Source: Selaginella moellendorffii (taxonomy: Eukaryota; Plantae; Lycopodiophyta). From it: a DNA stretch of 64,000 nucleotides. The stretch spans positions 584,394 to 648,393 of the forward strand of contig NW_003314341.1 of NCBI RefSeq assembly GCF_000143415.4, in the 5' to 3' direction. Shown in pieces: positions 1-11,693 of this stretch. A program made the translations under genes and the position numbers. Each line of letters opens with the position of its first letter. The first letter of the stretch is position 1. Under the pieces are notes generated by a model, which was given only the letters and a program-made list of their open reading frames with translations, searched no databases and had not been told where the DNA came from.

Positions 1-1201
1 TTTTCCAGACAGGAAGCCCGTTTGAAATGTCTCGATCTGAGCGACAACGAAGAACTCATCGGAGTCATTGAGCCATCTTTCATTCTAGACAAAGGACGTA
101 TAGAAAGAAAGAGGCTGGACACGGCTCGCTGGCAAAAAGGAGTACCTGGTAAGAGTTTCTTTTCATGACGATGTTTGAATCGTGTTTGATTGATTCCAGG
201 AGAGAGGAAGAAATACAAAAAGGAATTAATCGCCCGCAAACGCAGAGAGAGAGCATTGCACCGGGGTGTTGATCTCGAGAGCATGAACGTGGTACGTATG
301 AAGGCTGTGATTCATTTGTTGAGGTGAGAATTGTTAGCTTTTTCACAGATGTTTGAGAGCATGGTACTCAGCGAATGCGATATGCTTGCTCTTCAACCAA
401 TGAAGCATAGGGACCTGACTCTGGTAATTAGACCACCTTCGCTGAAAATTGGATCGTAACTTATTTGTCTTTCACAGGTGAATAAGCTTGCTGCTGTATA
501 CCGTCTGAAAGTCGGGGCTCATGGATCTGGGAAAAAACGGTGAATCAGTCGGGCTTTTTCTGTGCTCGGATTGTTTTTTACGTATCTGTTACAGATTTCC
601 GACTGTGACACGAACCAGGCACACGGCTCTACCGCAAGGACTGGATATTCAGCAAATGTTAAAGGTCTAGCTTCCATTTTTTTCCATCTCTTATGATCTT
701 TCTTTCTACCAGCTTCTGGGGCGTGAAAAAGAACTCGACGACTCGCCACCGAAAGCCAAGAAGGGTGAAGCTGGAAGGCTGGCTGCCAAGTACAAGAGAG
801 CTGCTCGGCACGCTCGGGCGAGCATGGCACGAGAGAACGAAAAGCTTGAGCAGCATGGCAAGAGAAACAAGAAGCCGCTGAAGAAGAGAAAAGATGGCGA
901 GCGATCATCTTCGATCCAGCAGCAGCCGCCAAGTTTCGTCTCGAGCGGTGTGCTCCAACCGGGTGACAATCCAGAAACTCCGGTGGTGCTTTTCTCCGAG
1001 ACGAGCGTCACTGTGAGGAGCAAAGAGAGCGTCGACAAAGCTCCACTCGGGAGCTTCGAAGCTCACACCAAAGGCTTTGGCTCGCGAATGCTGGCGAAGA
1101 TGGGATTTGTGGAAGGGAGTGGACTGGGAAGAGATGGACAGGGAATGACGCAGCCTCTTCTCCCTCGATCTCGCCCAAAATCGCTGGGACTTGGCGCTTG
1201 A
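1..1201 (+). CDS. 3' part of a multi-exon R3H + C-terminal G-patch domain RNA-binding protein; start lies before the window
   Basis: Exon ~478-539 reads VNKLAAVYRLKVGAHGSGKKR (R3H-like). The last exon has the G-patch motif GSFEAHTKGFGSRMLAKMGFVEGSGLGRDGQG. TGA at 1199-1201; GT-AG introns. Confidence 0.8.
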
Positions 1202-1324
1202 GCGATCAATCGATCGATCGATAGAGTACTGAAAATCTATGGCTGACTTACTGTTTAAATTAAGCGCCTGTTCCACGCTTACGTTTTCTGGCTAGGGCGT
1301 TCGTGACGCAAGAAATTCGTGGCG

Positions 1325-2382
1325 ATGGCGCAGGCCAGCGCCGCCCCGGCGCTGGAGCTGGATTTCGGCTCGGCGCTGCCGAAATACGCAGGCATTGAGG
1401 AGGCGGCATCGAGCAGCGGCAGCTTTTGCGTGGATTTGGAGCTGGATCGGCAGCAGCAGCGCCAGTGCCGGATCTGTCTCGAGTGTGGAGGTGAGAATGT
1501 GTGGGAATTTCTTGAATGGAGGATTATCGGATGCTTGTTTCGTCCAGGGAGTGACTTGATCGCGCCGTGTCAATGCAAAGGGACGCAGAAGTTCGTGCAC
1601 AGATCGTGTCTGGACAATTGGAGGGCGGTCAAGGTACTCTGCTGCGCAAGAAAGCGGCATCTCTGTCTGTAAGTAGCGGTGGAAGAGATGATGGCCTGAT
1701 GGATGGAATGGTTTTCGTTTTTGTTCTTCTTTCCTGTTTCTACTAGGAAGGATTTGCTTTCTCGCATTGTACCGAGTGCCGGAGTGTGTTCCAGATGAGA
1801 GTCAACAGGCCGCCGGATCGATGGTGGCTCCGGCTCAAGTTCCAGCTGCTTGTCTGTCGAGACCACACTGTAATTTTCGTGCTCGTCCAAGTGGTAAGTA
1901 AGATCTTATCCTCTTTGTTCTTGGAGCACTCACAGCGTTTTGATGCTTCACTTCCAGGTTGTGATCTTGCTGGGCGCGCTTGTGTATGCCATCTACGGGG
2001 AGGAACTCAAAGAGATGTTTGGCTACGACGAGCAGCACGCGTATGGTTTCTACGCACTCGCTGGTAAGTCATTCCACTATTCTCGCTGCGTTTTTCAATC
2101 GAATTCTCGCAGTGCTGGTGCTCATCTTGGTCGGGCTTCTCTACGGGTTCTTCATAGCCATCATCTGTGGGCGGAAGATCACCAACAGGCACTACCACGT
2201 CCTAGAAAAGCAAGACCTCACCAAGGTAAGCAAAGCAAGCACATCTTTCGATATAGTCAGTGACAAATGCGAGTTTTGCCTACAAGGAGTACATTGTGGA
2301 AGGATTAGACGACGATGAAGAAGAAGAAGAACAAGAACAAGAACAAGAAACGTCACTAGCGCCATCGCCAGTGGCCGAGTGA
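1325..2382 (+). CDS. RING-CH (RINGv, C4HC3) membrane-anchored E3 ubiquitin ligase, multi-exon
   Basis: CRICLE...LIAPCQCKGTQKFVHRSCLDNW...FSHCTEC across exons, two hydrophobic segments, acidic tail ending at TGA 2380-2382. Confidence 0.88.
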
Positions 2383-2527
2383 CGGGACGAACTTAAATTT
2401 GGGGGGCTGGCTGAAAGGTAAGATTAAAATAAGCCCGTCAACGTTTTTAGGGTTCGTGGTAGCTTGTAAGAAGTGGCAAAGAAGCTAGGGTGAGCGCGCA
2501 ACGACGCAAGACGATCGCGACGCCGGC

Positions 2528-3454
2528 ATGTCAGGGGGCGGCTCCGGCGACGAGTTTCGCTGTTTCGTGGGCGGTCTCTCGTGGTCCACCGACGATCAAG
2601 CGCTGGAGAGCAGCTTCCGGCAGTTTGGAAGGATCTTGGAGGCCAAGGTACTCGCTTCTTCTTGGTTTCTTTTGCGCGGTCCCGAGAGAGCCATGACAAG
2701 ACGATGGATCCATCACTGTGGTGTGTGTTCTTGGCAGGTGATCATCGACCGGGGATCGGGGCGATCGCGCGGGTTTGGCTTTGTCACCTTCGCGGACCAG
2801 CGCGCAATGGACGAGGCGATCGACCGGCTCCACAACAAAGAGCTCGACGGCCGCGTGGTGACGGTGAACAAGGCACTGCCCAAGAGCGACACCGGCGGCG
2901 GCATGGGGTTTGGCGACCGCGACCGCGACAGGGACCGCGACAGGGACCGTGACCGCGACTTCGACCGTGGTGCCGGCGACCGTTACCGCGACCGGGAATA
3001 TGCCGCTCCTTACAGTAATGGCTACGCCGGGAGAGGCGACAACAATGGTAACGACAGTTGCTTCCGGTGTGGGCGGCAGGGTCACTGGGCCAGGGAATGT
3101 CCGGTCTCTTCCCGCGACCGCTATGGCGGCGGCGGCAGCGGCGGTGGTATTGGCAGGGATGTCGGCTTTGGCGGCCGCTATGGTGACCGAGGCGGCGGTG
3201 GTGAATACTTTGGAGACCGCTACGAGCCGCGCTACAGCAGTGACGAGTATGGAAGAGAGCGGAGGTATGAAGGTGGCGGCGGAGGGATCCGGGACCGTGA
3301 GCGGAGCAGTGGCGGAGCTATGAGGTACGATGGTGGCTATAGAGATCGTCCGGGGCCGTATGACCGGGCACCGCACTTTGATCGCTCGGCTCCCCCGGCG
3401 TACGATAGGCCGCGGCTGCGTGGCGCTGCTAGATCTTCTTACGATCGCTACTGA
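2528..3454 (+). CDS. RZ-1: RZ-1-type glycine-rich RNA-binding protein (RRM + CCHC zinc knuckle + RD/RG-rich tail); intron 2648-2737
   Basis: RNP2 CFVGGL, RNP1 RGFGFVTF, knuckle CFRCGRQGHWAREC, DR repeats. Confidence 0.9.
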   Translation: MSGGGSGDEFRCFVGGLSWSTDDQALESSFRQFGRILEAKVLASSWFLLRGPERAMTRRWIHHCGVCSWQVIIDRGSGRSRGFGFVTFADQRAMDEAIDRLHNKELDGRVVTVNKALPKSDTGGGMGFGDRDRDRDRDRDRDRDFDRGAGDRYRDREYAAPYSNGYAGRGDNNGNDSCFRCGRQGHWARECPVSSRDRYGGGGSGGGIGRDVGFGGRYGDRGGGGEYFGDRYEPRYSSDEYGRERRYEGGGGGIRDRERSSGGAMRYDGGYRDRPGPYDRAPHFDRSAPPAYDRPRLRGAARSSYDRY

Positions 3455-3566
3455 TGATGTACTGCGATGGGGGACAAGTCTTTGGGACGAACTTCCTCCT
3501 CGTTTGGTTTCTTCTTTCCAGTTTTCTCGCAAAAAGATTACTACTACTACGTCGTTTGAGCACTCA

Positions 3567-4557
3567 CTAGAGCTGGAAAGGTGTCACGTCTATGCCCCTG
3601 AGAGGGAGAAAGCACACTGTCACTGCTTTGAAACTTTGCTCCAGGAACTGTACCTCTGAGACGCTTGCTCGTGCAAGCTTTCGATCTCGGCCTCGAGCTC
3701 CGTGCAAGCCGCATCGATGTCGATGTTCTTTTGGCAGATCTCCACCCATTGTGATCTCAGATGAGTGAGAACAGTCGCGGCCGCTTGCTGGAGAAAGAAA
3801 CTCTTGGGTCAGTCACGGCACTTGCATTGTAAGTTGGCAGACCTGATTCAGCTTGCGATCGCGATTCAGTGATTCGATCTGTTGAGAGAATGCCCGTGCT
3901 ATCGACTGCAGCCTGGCAAGCAGCAAACAAGAAATGTGAAAAACCAAACGAGGAGGGAGTCGGACTTTACTTGGAGAAGTAAGCTTCCAAGCGCTGGTTG
4001 TGAGCACGCCAGGTATTTCCACTGTACTGGAGCAAAAGCTCCAAGTTTTCAATCCTGGAAGAGAGGAATCAAGAGCTACTTCGACAAAAACGAGAGAGTT
4101 CTTACACTACCTCATGGTTTGATACTCGAGCTGGACTTTGGCCTTGCGGAGGTAGTCGTTCCATTCGTAGAGATCGTTCCGCTTGCCAACGGGAGGAGCT
4201 TGGACGCCATAGCGTGACAAATCCAGGGCCAGCGGCGGCCTTCCTGCTCGGAGACGCTCCAATGCCTTGGCGACCAGAGGCCCTTCCTGACCAGAATCAA
4301 ACAGAGAGAGCGAGTGTAAGAAATGCGTGGAGAAATGCGAGATTATTTCTTGCCTGGAGGAGATTGGAGCTCGGCAATGGCGGCAAATCCTGCAAGAAAT
4401 CCACGGGGCGCTTGCTGCTCCGGCTCATCTCCTCGTCTATCAGGCGCTCCACCTCCCGCTTGAGCTGCGGATCCGCGTACTCGTGGTCGACGTAGGGAAG
4501 CGCATCCACCACGGTGTTGTCGGACGATCGCCACCGGGCTCCATCGCTCATCATCAT
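3567..4557 (-). CDS. MOS4: Pre-mRNA splicing factor SPF27/BCAS2 (MOS4), multi-exon
   Basis: N-terminal VVDALPYVDHEY...EVERLIDEEMSRSSKRPVDFL; C-terminal coiled-coil exon QWVEICQKNIDIDAACTELEAEIESL; TAG at 3567-3569. Confidence 0.88.
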
Positions 4558-4576
4558 CTTCCCTCCCTCGTTAGAT

Positions 4577-4610
4577 GAGAACCCTAAATCTTCCTCTCTT
4601 TAACCCTAGC
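4577..4610. promoter_or_regulatory. Telo-box-like motifs (AACCCTA x2) in the 87-nt gap between divergent SPF27 and AP-2 sigma start codons
   Basis: gaaccctaaa at ~4579 and aaccctag at ~4602. Similar motifs precede other housekeeping genes here (~2447, ~6823, ~36539). Confidence 0.5.
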
Positions 4611-4644
4611 CAAGAAGAGCAAGACGACCGCGCGCCTGGACGAA

Positions 4645-5379
4645 ATGGTGAGTGGATTTTCGCTTGGATCCGTGCTGAGACATCGATCGCCGTGTTGGAT
4701 GCGCAGATTAGATTCATCCTCTTGCAAAATCGCCAGGGGAAGACTCGTCTCGCCAAGTACTATGTCCCGCTCGAAGACTCCGAGAAGCAAAAGCTCCAGT
4801 ATGAGGTAAATCGCTCCCAGATTCGAGTGTTGGAGTGGAATTTCTGGCATCGCAGGTGCACAGGCTCGTCGTCAATCGCGATCCAAAGTTCACGAATTTC
4901 GTAGAGGTTGGTCTCTTTGGTTTGCTTCTTTTCTTTGGTTTACACGGAATTTTTGTTTGTTCTCTCTTCCAGTTTCGCACACACAAGGTGATCTATCGAC
5001 GCTACGCCGGGCTCTTCTTCTCAATGTGTGTGGATATCACGGATAACGAGCTGGCCTACCTCGAGAGCATCTACCTCTTTGTGGAGATCCTAGACCACTT
5101 CTTCAGCAACGTTTGCGAGCTAGATCTGGTTTTCAACTTCCACAAGGCCAGTTTCTTTCCTTGCTTTTTTATTCTCCCGGTCTGGTGTTGCAAGCACTCA
5201 GCGCCTGCCGGTTTCGTTTACAGGTTTACTTGATCCTCGACGAGTTCATTCTTGCTGGCGAGTTACAAGAAACCAGCAAAAAGGTATGCCGTCGTATGTT
5301 CTCGTCTTTGTTCCTTGGATTCATGAGTTTGTTGCAGGCAATAATCGAGCGGATGGCAGAACTAGAGCGGCAGGAGTGA
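4645..5379 (+). CDS. AP2S: AP-2 adaptor complex sigma subunit; first coding exon is the ATG alone; one GC-AG intron
   Basis: [19 protein letters not shown]...[16 protein letters not shown]...[16 protein letters not shown]|[20 protein letters not shown]|AIIERM. Confidence 0.93.
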
Positions 5380-5387
5380 CCATCATC

Positions 5388-6781
5388 TCAAAAGACAATA
5401 GGCAGCCTCCGGGCTCGCACAAAGGCATCGAGTTTATCCCAAAACTCGAGAACTGCCGTGCGGTCCTGGTGCCTCTTGTGCTTGCTCAGCTGTTTAGCAA
5501 ACAAAGAAGAGTAAGAGGGCATTCGTTTTTCTCGCGATTCTTTTTATCTTCATTTACCGAGATGATCTTGACATTCCATTGCATCACGACTTTAACCGAT
5601 TCCATGCTGTCGTCCTCGAATCTCAGGTACACTCCCAAGACTGCCACAAACAGGTTTTCAGCTGCGAAGTTGCGAACAACGAAAGCACGGCACTTACTCT
5701 TGTTGAAGATCTCGACGTGGTCCTTGAACGGCCAGTCCTTGAATTGCCACTCCTTGCCGAGAACGAAGACAGCAACGACTCGTTCCCAGTCCTTGGAGGA
5801 GAGAGCCGACGGCCTGTCTCTCACCTCGTACTTGACTGGGATCTCCCGGCCGATCTTCCGGTAGATGGGAAGCGTCTCGGGCTTCTTGGCAGCGGCGGAC
5901 TTTTTGGCATCGGCCAGGACGTAGACACCATCTTCCAGGAACTCCTTGGCGTTGAAGGTGTTGAGCAGCGTCTGCGAGGCATTTGGAACGAGGATGATAG
6001 GTGGTCCTTCGATCTTGGCCTTGCTCGACGATCTCGCCAGAGTTTGCTGGGAAGATGGTGGTGGTGGCGGGGGTCGCTTCTCCATGGAAGGAGCAGCGGC
6101 AGACTTGAGATCCGGCTCCACTTTGACGAACTTGTCCGTGGAAGAAGATGGTGGCTCTCTCCTCTGCGAGTTCTGGGATTGCTGCTGGGACTGCTGCTGG
6201 GACTGCTGCTCGATGCGCTCCCGGCGTCCCAAGGTGGAGAGGATCCCCTCGAAGCTCTTGTTGGGACAGAGGAGGATGGTCTCGCGATCACGCACGGGAC
6301 GCTCCAGGCTCCTCACCAGCTCGATGAGGAGGCAGGCATCCACAGGCTGGTCTTGGTCGCTCCGGGGCCGCTTGCTCGGGTGGAGAGCCCCGGCCTCGTC
6401 AGCGGCGGCGAGATCGCCCGGGGAGAGCTTGTCCAGCGACGCCGCCGACGAGGCGACCGGCGGCAAGAGCTCGATGGCATCGCTGGTGGAGACCTTGCCT
6501 TCGAGGTAGTCGAGCAGCGGCTTCTTGTCGGTGTAGGTGACGATCTGGAGCTTGAGAGCTCGCGCCTGCTGCATGTACTCGGTGTGCTTGAGGTTGCTGC
6601 TCTTGACGAAGAAGACGAGCGAGTCGAGCGTGTAGAAGAAGCCGAGCTTGGAGCGGTAGCCCGTCTCGGTGCTGCACGGGAACCTGTAGTCATTGCCGAA
6701 GCGGAACTCGTCGCCCACGCGGTGGACATTGCCCAGCTCCTTGCGCGCCGTGTAGTCGCGGAGAACGCTTAGGGCATCCAT
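5388..6781 (-). CDS. CDC73: PAF1 complex subunit CDC73/parafibromin, 3 exons
   Basis: MDALSVLRDY N-terminus; PIILVP...KDWERVVAVFVLGKEWQFKDWPF; last exon LSKHKRHQDRTAVLEFWDKL ending at TGA 5388-5390. Confidence 0.93.
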
Positions 6782-6978
6782 CCTGCGCCTGGGCTGGGCA
6801 ACAAAGGCCCTAGCTTTATACCTAGGGTTTAACCAAGAATAATCTTTACACAGCATATTCTGTTAGGTTAATGCGCAATTTCTGCCTATACTAAGAATAT
6901 CTGCTTTTGATTAGCATATTCTGCTTACATGGCGTACGTATCCTTGGCATTTAGCTATTTCGCCCTGGAGCTCGAGCT

Positions 6979-7733
6979 ATGGCGGAGGTGACTCTCCTCT
7001 CACTGCCGGCGAGTCCGTTTGCTATGAGCGTGAAGATGGCGCTGATCGAGAAGGGGGTGGAGTTTGAGACGGTGGAGGAGAACTACCGGGCGAGCGGCAA
7101 GAGTGAATTGCTCGTCAGGGTGAATCCCGTGACCAAACAGGTGCCCGTTCTCCTCCACCGCGCCAAGCCCATCTGGGAGTCGCTCGTCATTCTCGAGTAC
7201 GTCGAGGAGACTTGGAAGACGCAGGGCACTCACCTCCTCCCTGGCGATGGCTACCAGCGGGCGTTGGCTCGCTTCTGGACGAACTTCGTCATCACCAAAG
7301 TAAGCTTTCTTAAGTTTTGATTAGCTTCTTCCAGATCATCCAACATCGTCTTGGCCAGTTTTGGGAGACTGGATTGCTGATCATGAAGCGAGTCGGAGAC
7401 GAGCAGCTGAAAGCTCGAGATCAAGTGCTGGAGATGATCCGTTTGATGGACAGCGAATGGAGCAAGCCCGAGTATGGGAAGCCGTTTGTGTTTGGCGACA
7501 AGCTGAGCTTAGCGGACTTGGCCTTGGCTCCCATTGCGTCGTGGAAGGTCACCTTCGAAACGCTCGGGAAGTTCGAGTTCCCGGACGCTCGGACTTGTCC
7601 TCGGATGGCTCTCTGGCTGGATGCAATCGAGAATCATCCCACGGTGCAGTCGGCGATTTTAGCACCGGATCTGAACCTGGAAAACGCAAACGTCATTCAG
7701 AAACTCATCAAGGATAACAAGATCAAATTCTAA
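6979..7733 (+). CDS. Glutathione S-transferase, tau-class-like; single intron ~7300-7358
   Basis: SPFAMSVKMALIEKGV, KSELLVRVNPVTKQVPVLLH, ESLVILEYVEETW, YQRALARFW, FGDKLSLADLAL. Confidence 0.92.
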
Positions 7734-7946
7734 ATAGGTTCTTTAGTACTTGATCAAGTACTTGAATAAATTGCCATCTTTGAGAACCTTACACATAAAA
7801 ACACGTCGTTTCAACAGAGATATAGACTAAGCAACTTGCTGGAAACTTGGTGCTTCGAGCTGTGGGGAGGAACCAAGCTTCTCTTCACAGTCCCAAACAA
7901 TGCAGTGAGGACGATTCACATAAAGCTGCTAGACAATACTTGGAAC

Positions 7947-9626
7947 TTAAAGCTCGTTGGATCTTTTCGTGGCCATGAGGAACTTGTTCTCCGGAGATAC
8001 TTGAGGAGAAATATACTTCACCATCTTCGTACTCATCCCTGTCCTTTGCAGCCACAAGAGCCTGCCCATGTCAAGAAGCTCCTTGCACTTCATTCCCACC
8101 TCCGCCTTCCTGGCACAAACGAGAATAAAAACATTAACAACAGAGAAAAGAAGATCCCACTGGCGACAACTCACTCATCGCAGTTTCCACTCAATGCCCA
8201 GCTTGTCATCCAAACCAGAGCCTCAAAATCGGTCTTTGTAAGCCCCATGCTTTGAAAAAACTCTTTGTCTGTCACCCACATTCACAAGCTAGAATCAAAA
8301 TCCATCCACGCCATGATCATATCAATCTCAAGCACTTACTCACATACGCCTTCCACTGGCAAAGATGATGGCAGCACGTTGCAAAACCAATTCCAAAAAC
8401 CACGCTTGACTGTGAACAACATCGAAGTGCCATATCTGGATACGCAACTTGTAAAATTTGCCACAAGTGGTAGAGTACCTGTCGCTGCTCCACAAAGGTG
8501 CTTCCCTACGGCCACAACCTTCTTGCAGCCCTGGAGAGCGTCCACAGCATCCAGCTTAAGATCTTCAACTGCGGCCATAGAGTAGTGTGAATTATCATCG
8601 CCACCGCAACAAAAAAGTAGAAAATAGACTTACTGTCTACTCTAAGCCGCGACAAAGACACGCCAGCTGCGTAGCGAAGAGTTCGATCGGCCTGCGATGT
8701 TCCCACCACCGAGTGAGAAATCCGAGAACTCCGTGAATTCATTTTCGTACCTTGAATTTGTAAGATCTTCGTTCGACCAAGATGACGTTGTCCGCAGCAT
8801 AGCAATCGGAGAGCATGTGTGACAAGTATCCTCTTCCGGCACCAAACTCGATAAAGCACTCCTCATTCCTTCCACGATCAGTATCGCCAAAACTTTCGTC
8901 ATTTCTTCGCCTGAGCAAGCCGATCTCTTCCAAGTTTCCAAGCATCGAAGCCTGCTGAGAGATATGCTTTTCCTGCATAGGGTGCCTCCTGTTGTGTAAA
9001 ACCAGCAAAGCAAGCGAAAAGGAAATTCATGAAAGCGAATGAGAGAAAGATACCTGTCGACGTTCGAGCACAGCCACTTTGCACAGGCTGATGGCGTCGC
9101 AAAGCTTTCCTGGAGTAGCGACACGCCAGTCCCTCTCTCCGATCTAAAGCAGCTGCTGTGAGCAACCTCGATCTTCATCACGAGCTCCTCGAATTTGTTC
9201 TTTGGTAGCGACTCGACCGCCGCTCTCCTGCTGCCAGATTCCACACTGTCCTTCCCTTCCTCCTCGCAATCGCAATCGCTTCCAGCATTGACGCCAGGAC
9301 TGAAATAGGGGCGATTCTTGGCATCGCGCTCGAGCTTGGCAGCGGGGCATTTGCGCAGATGCGCAGCGATCTTGTGCTCTAGAACCGTGCTGCGGAGCGA
9401 GGAAAGCCATGAATCCACAAGCGCAAGAATGGGAGGGCTTACTGTGAGGGATCGATCGGGCATGGAACCCTGGATTGCGACGGCTGATGATTCCCGCAGT
9501 AGCTGGAGACGACCGATCGATGGGGAGAGATTGTGAGAAGCAGCGCTAGATTTCTTACTTGGATCCTAGCAGCGCCGAGCCGCCGCAATGCCTGCCCTTC
9601 CTGGGCAGCCACACACCACAGCCCAT
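7947..9626 (-). CDS. TRM13: tRNA:m4X 2'-O-methyltransferase TRM13, multi-exon
   Basis: N-terminal Cys motif, CHHC finger (RVPCPIDPS...HKIAAHLRKCP), KHISQQASMLGNL, FIEFGAGRGYLS, VAVGKHLCGAAT, SPENKFLMA. Confidence 0.88.
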
Positions 9627-10128
9627 CAGTGTTTGACACGCTAACAGAATATCCCACGTCCCGTTACCGCATATTCCGGCGACAGTATACGGTAGTAGTA
9701 GAATGTTTGCTGCCTTATTATGAAAAGAAAGAACAAAAAGAGCAAGAAAGGAGGAGAGGAGAGAAGGGAGGACTGGCAAACTGGAGCGATTGGGACCTAA
9801 TCGCTAGGAACAGTGGCGCCGGGGCGATCATCGATCCATTCGGAAGAATTCCTTGGCGCCGATCCGGGAATGAATCTTGTCGCGGCAATGGAATTGGATT
9901 GAAGGCGGCCGCGGCGGAGGGGAAGATCGAGAGAGGTAGGGGGTTTATTTCGGCCAAGAAATGGTGGAGTGAGAATGTAGATCTGTGTGTTGCGAGAGAT
10001 CGAGAGCCATTGCGCGATGGATTCCTTCTCACAGTCCCTGGATTTGTTCCCTTGCAGAAATTTCGGATTTGGGGGACAAGACGGCAGCGGGAGGAGATCG
10101 ATCAAAGGATTTCGGGGGCTCCGACGGC

Positions 10129-11693
10129 ATGGCTATGGTCGAGTTGGTACGCTCTCCCTCCTCGCAATCAGGGCATCGTTGCATCCATCCATCCATCGCT
10201 CTCTTTGATTGATTGGCTTGCTCTCTCTCCCGGAATTGCCCCCTTTTTTCTTCCGGTTTCCTATATTCTTGAGCACGACGCACGCATTTGGATGATTTTG
10301 TTCCAGGCGGGGACGACGCGCCGCGCAGTGGTGAGGAGCGAGCGATTCATGGAGTGGCAGCGCGAGTTGATCAGGTCCGTGCTCTCGCGCATCGCATCGC
10401 ATGACCAAGACGCAAAAAATAAAAAAGAAAGAGAGGCTGTGAGCTTTGGAAATTTCGTTGGTTCGTTCGCTGGGCTACTCAATGACGCTGACTGACTGAC
10501 CATTTGGGTTTTTCCCTTTGCGTGGTTTTGCAGGGGCAGCAGTTATAGCGCACGCAAGCGCCGAGAGAATGAGAGCGAGTGTCATCAACCGGCCAAGAAG
10601 TGCTGCATGGTGAAGAAGAGGTATGAAGAACAATCAGATTTTTTTTTTCTTTCGTCGTCGGCTCCAACTTAGCAGCTATGAGCCCTAATGCCTCGTCTTG
10701 TTCGTCCTTTACCAGTGGTACGAGTGGCAGTGGCAGTGGCAGTGACGAAATCGAGCTGCTGCTGCCCGACGAGGACAAGGAAAGGAATGGGAGTAATGTT
10801 GCTGCGGCCAGTGCTCCTCCTCCGGCCGGGGGGAATGCTGATGAAGACGGAGGTCTTCTCGGCAGCAGGGGTATCAAGGTCATGGCAAAGAAAGAGCAGC
10901 AGCACAATCACCACCACCACCACCACCACCACCACCAACAACAACAACAGCAGCAGCAGCAAGTCCACCACCAAGTAGAGCACAAGAAAGGATTGAACGG
11001 GAAGGCGACCAAGATGGGGAGCAAGCATGATCCCGACTACCACAAGCCGCCAGATGAAGGGAACTGTCGAATGCGCAGGTGTCACGGCTCTTCCAAGCAA
11101 GAACAAGATCAGCAACAGCAGCTGGGGGCTTCTCCAATGCGGCGGACGCAGAGAAGAAGCAGCGAACAGCCGCAGCAGCAGCAGCAGCATCAATCGGATC
11201 AGAGGAGCTTCAGGTTCTTGACACGGTAAGTTCCAAAGTTCTTTAGTATTTTTTTTTTCTTCTTTTGTTTCTATCTTTTAAGATCTTGGCTTGGCAGGAA
11301 CCGAGGTGTATCTCCACCTGTGATCCCCGCTGCCGCTGTGCCAAGCAAGGCCTCGAAGCGATCCAAGCGTGTCGCTCAAAGGCTCGCCAACGAAGAACCT
11401 CCGCCGCCGCCTCTCAAGCTCCCAAAGCTCCACCTGGTGCTCACCAGGAAGGAGATTCAGGAGGACTGGATGAAGATCACGGGTCACAAGTACAGTGGCA
11501 AGCCAAAGAAATCAACACTCATTCAAAGGGTAAGATCTTTCGATTTGTTTTGTTCGAGACAAACACTTTCATCACTTGGTTGTTGCAGGGATTGGCGCTC
11601 TGTACCGCTCTAACTTGCCCGTCCTCGATTCGTTACCTCAATGATCCACAATGTAAGCTAGATCCCCATAGCCGTGTCTTTGTTCTCTTCTAA
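10129..11693 (+). CDS. DUF1639-family protein with His/Gln homopolymer tracts, multi-exon; 3' end uncertain
   Basis: C-terminal PKLHLVLTRKEIQEDWMKITGHKYSGKPKK resembles DUF1639. Exons 10129-10146, 10307-10374 and 10534-10620 join in frame to 10716-11225 via an acceptor at 10715. Confidence 0.7.
10908..10961 (+). repeat. (CAC)n-(CAA/CAG)n coding microsatellite
   Basis: Encodes a poly-His then poly-Gln tract. Confidence 0.9.

Noticed and set aside
2531-3532. 333-aa minus-strand ORF
   Set aside because: Antisense shadow of the GC-rich RZ-1 CDS; no independent domain.
5579-6772. 397-aa plus-strand ORF and other overlapping frames
   Set aside because: Antisense shadow of CDC73 caused by high GC3 codon bias.
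9533-10495. 320-aa ORF between TRM13 and the DUF1639 gene
   Set aside because: Non-ATG start; runs through promoter, UTR and intron sequence; only 10307-10374 fits a spliced model.
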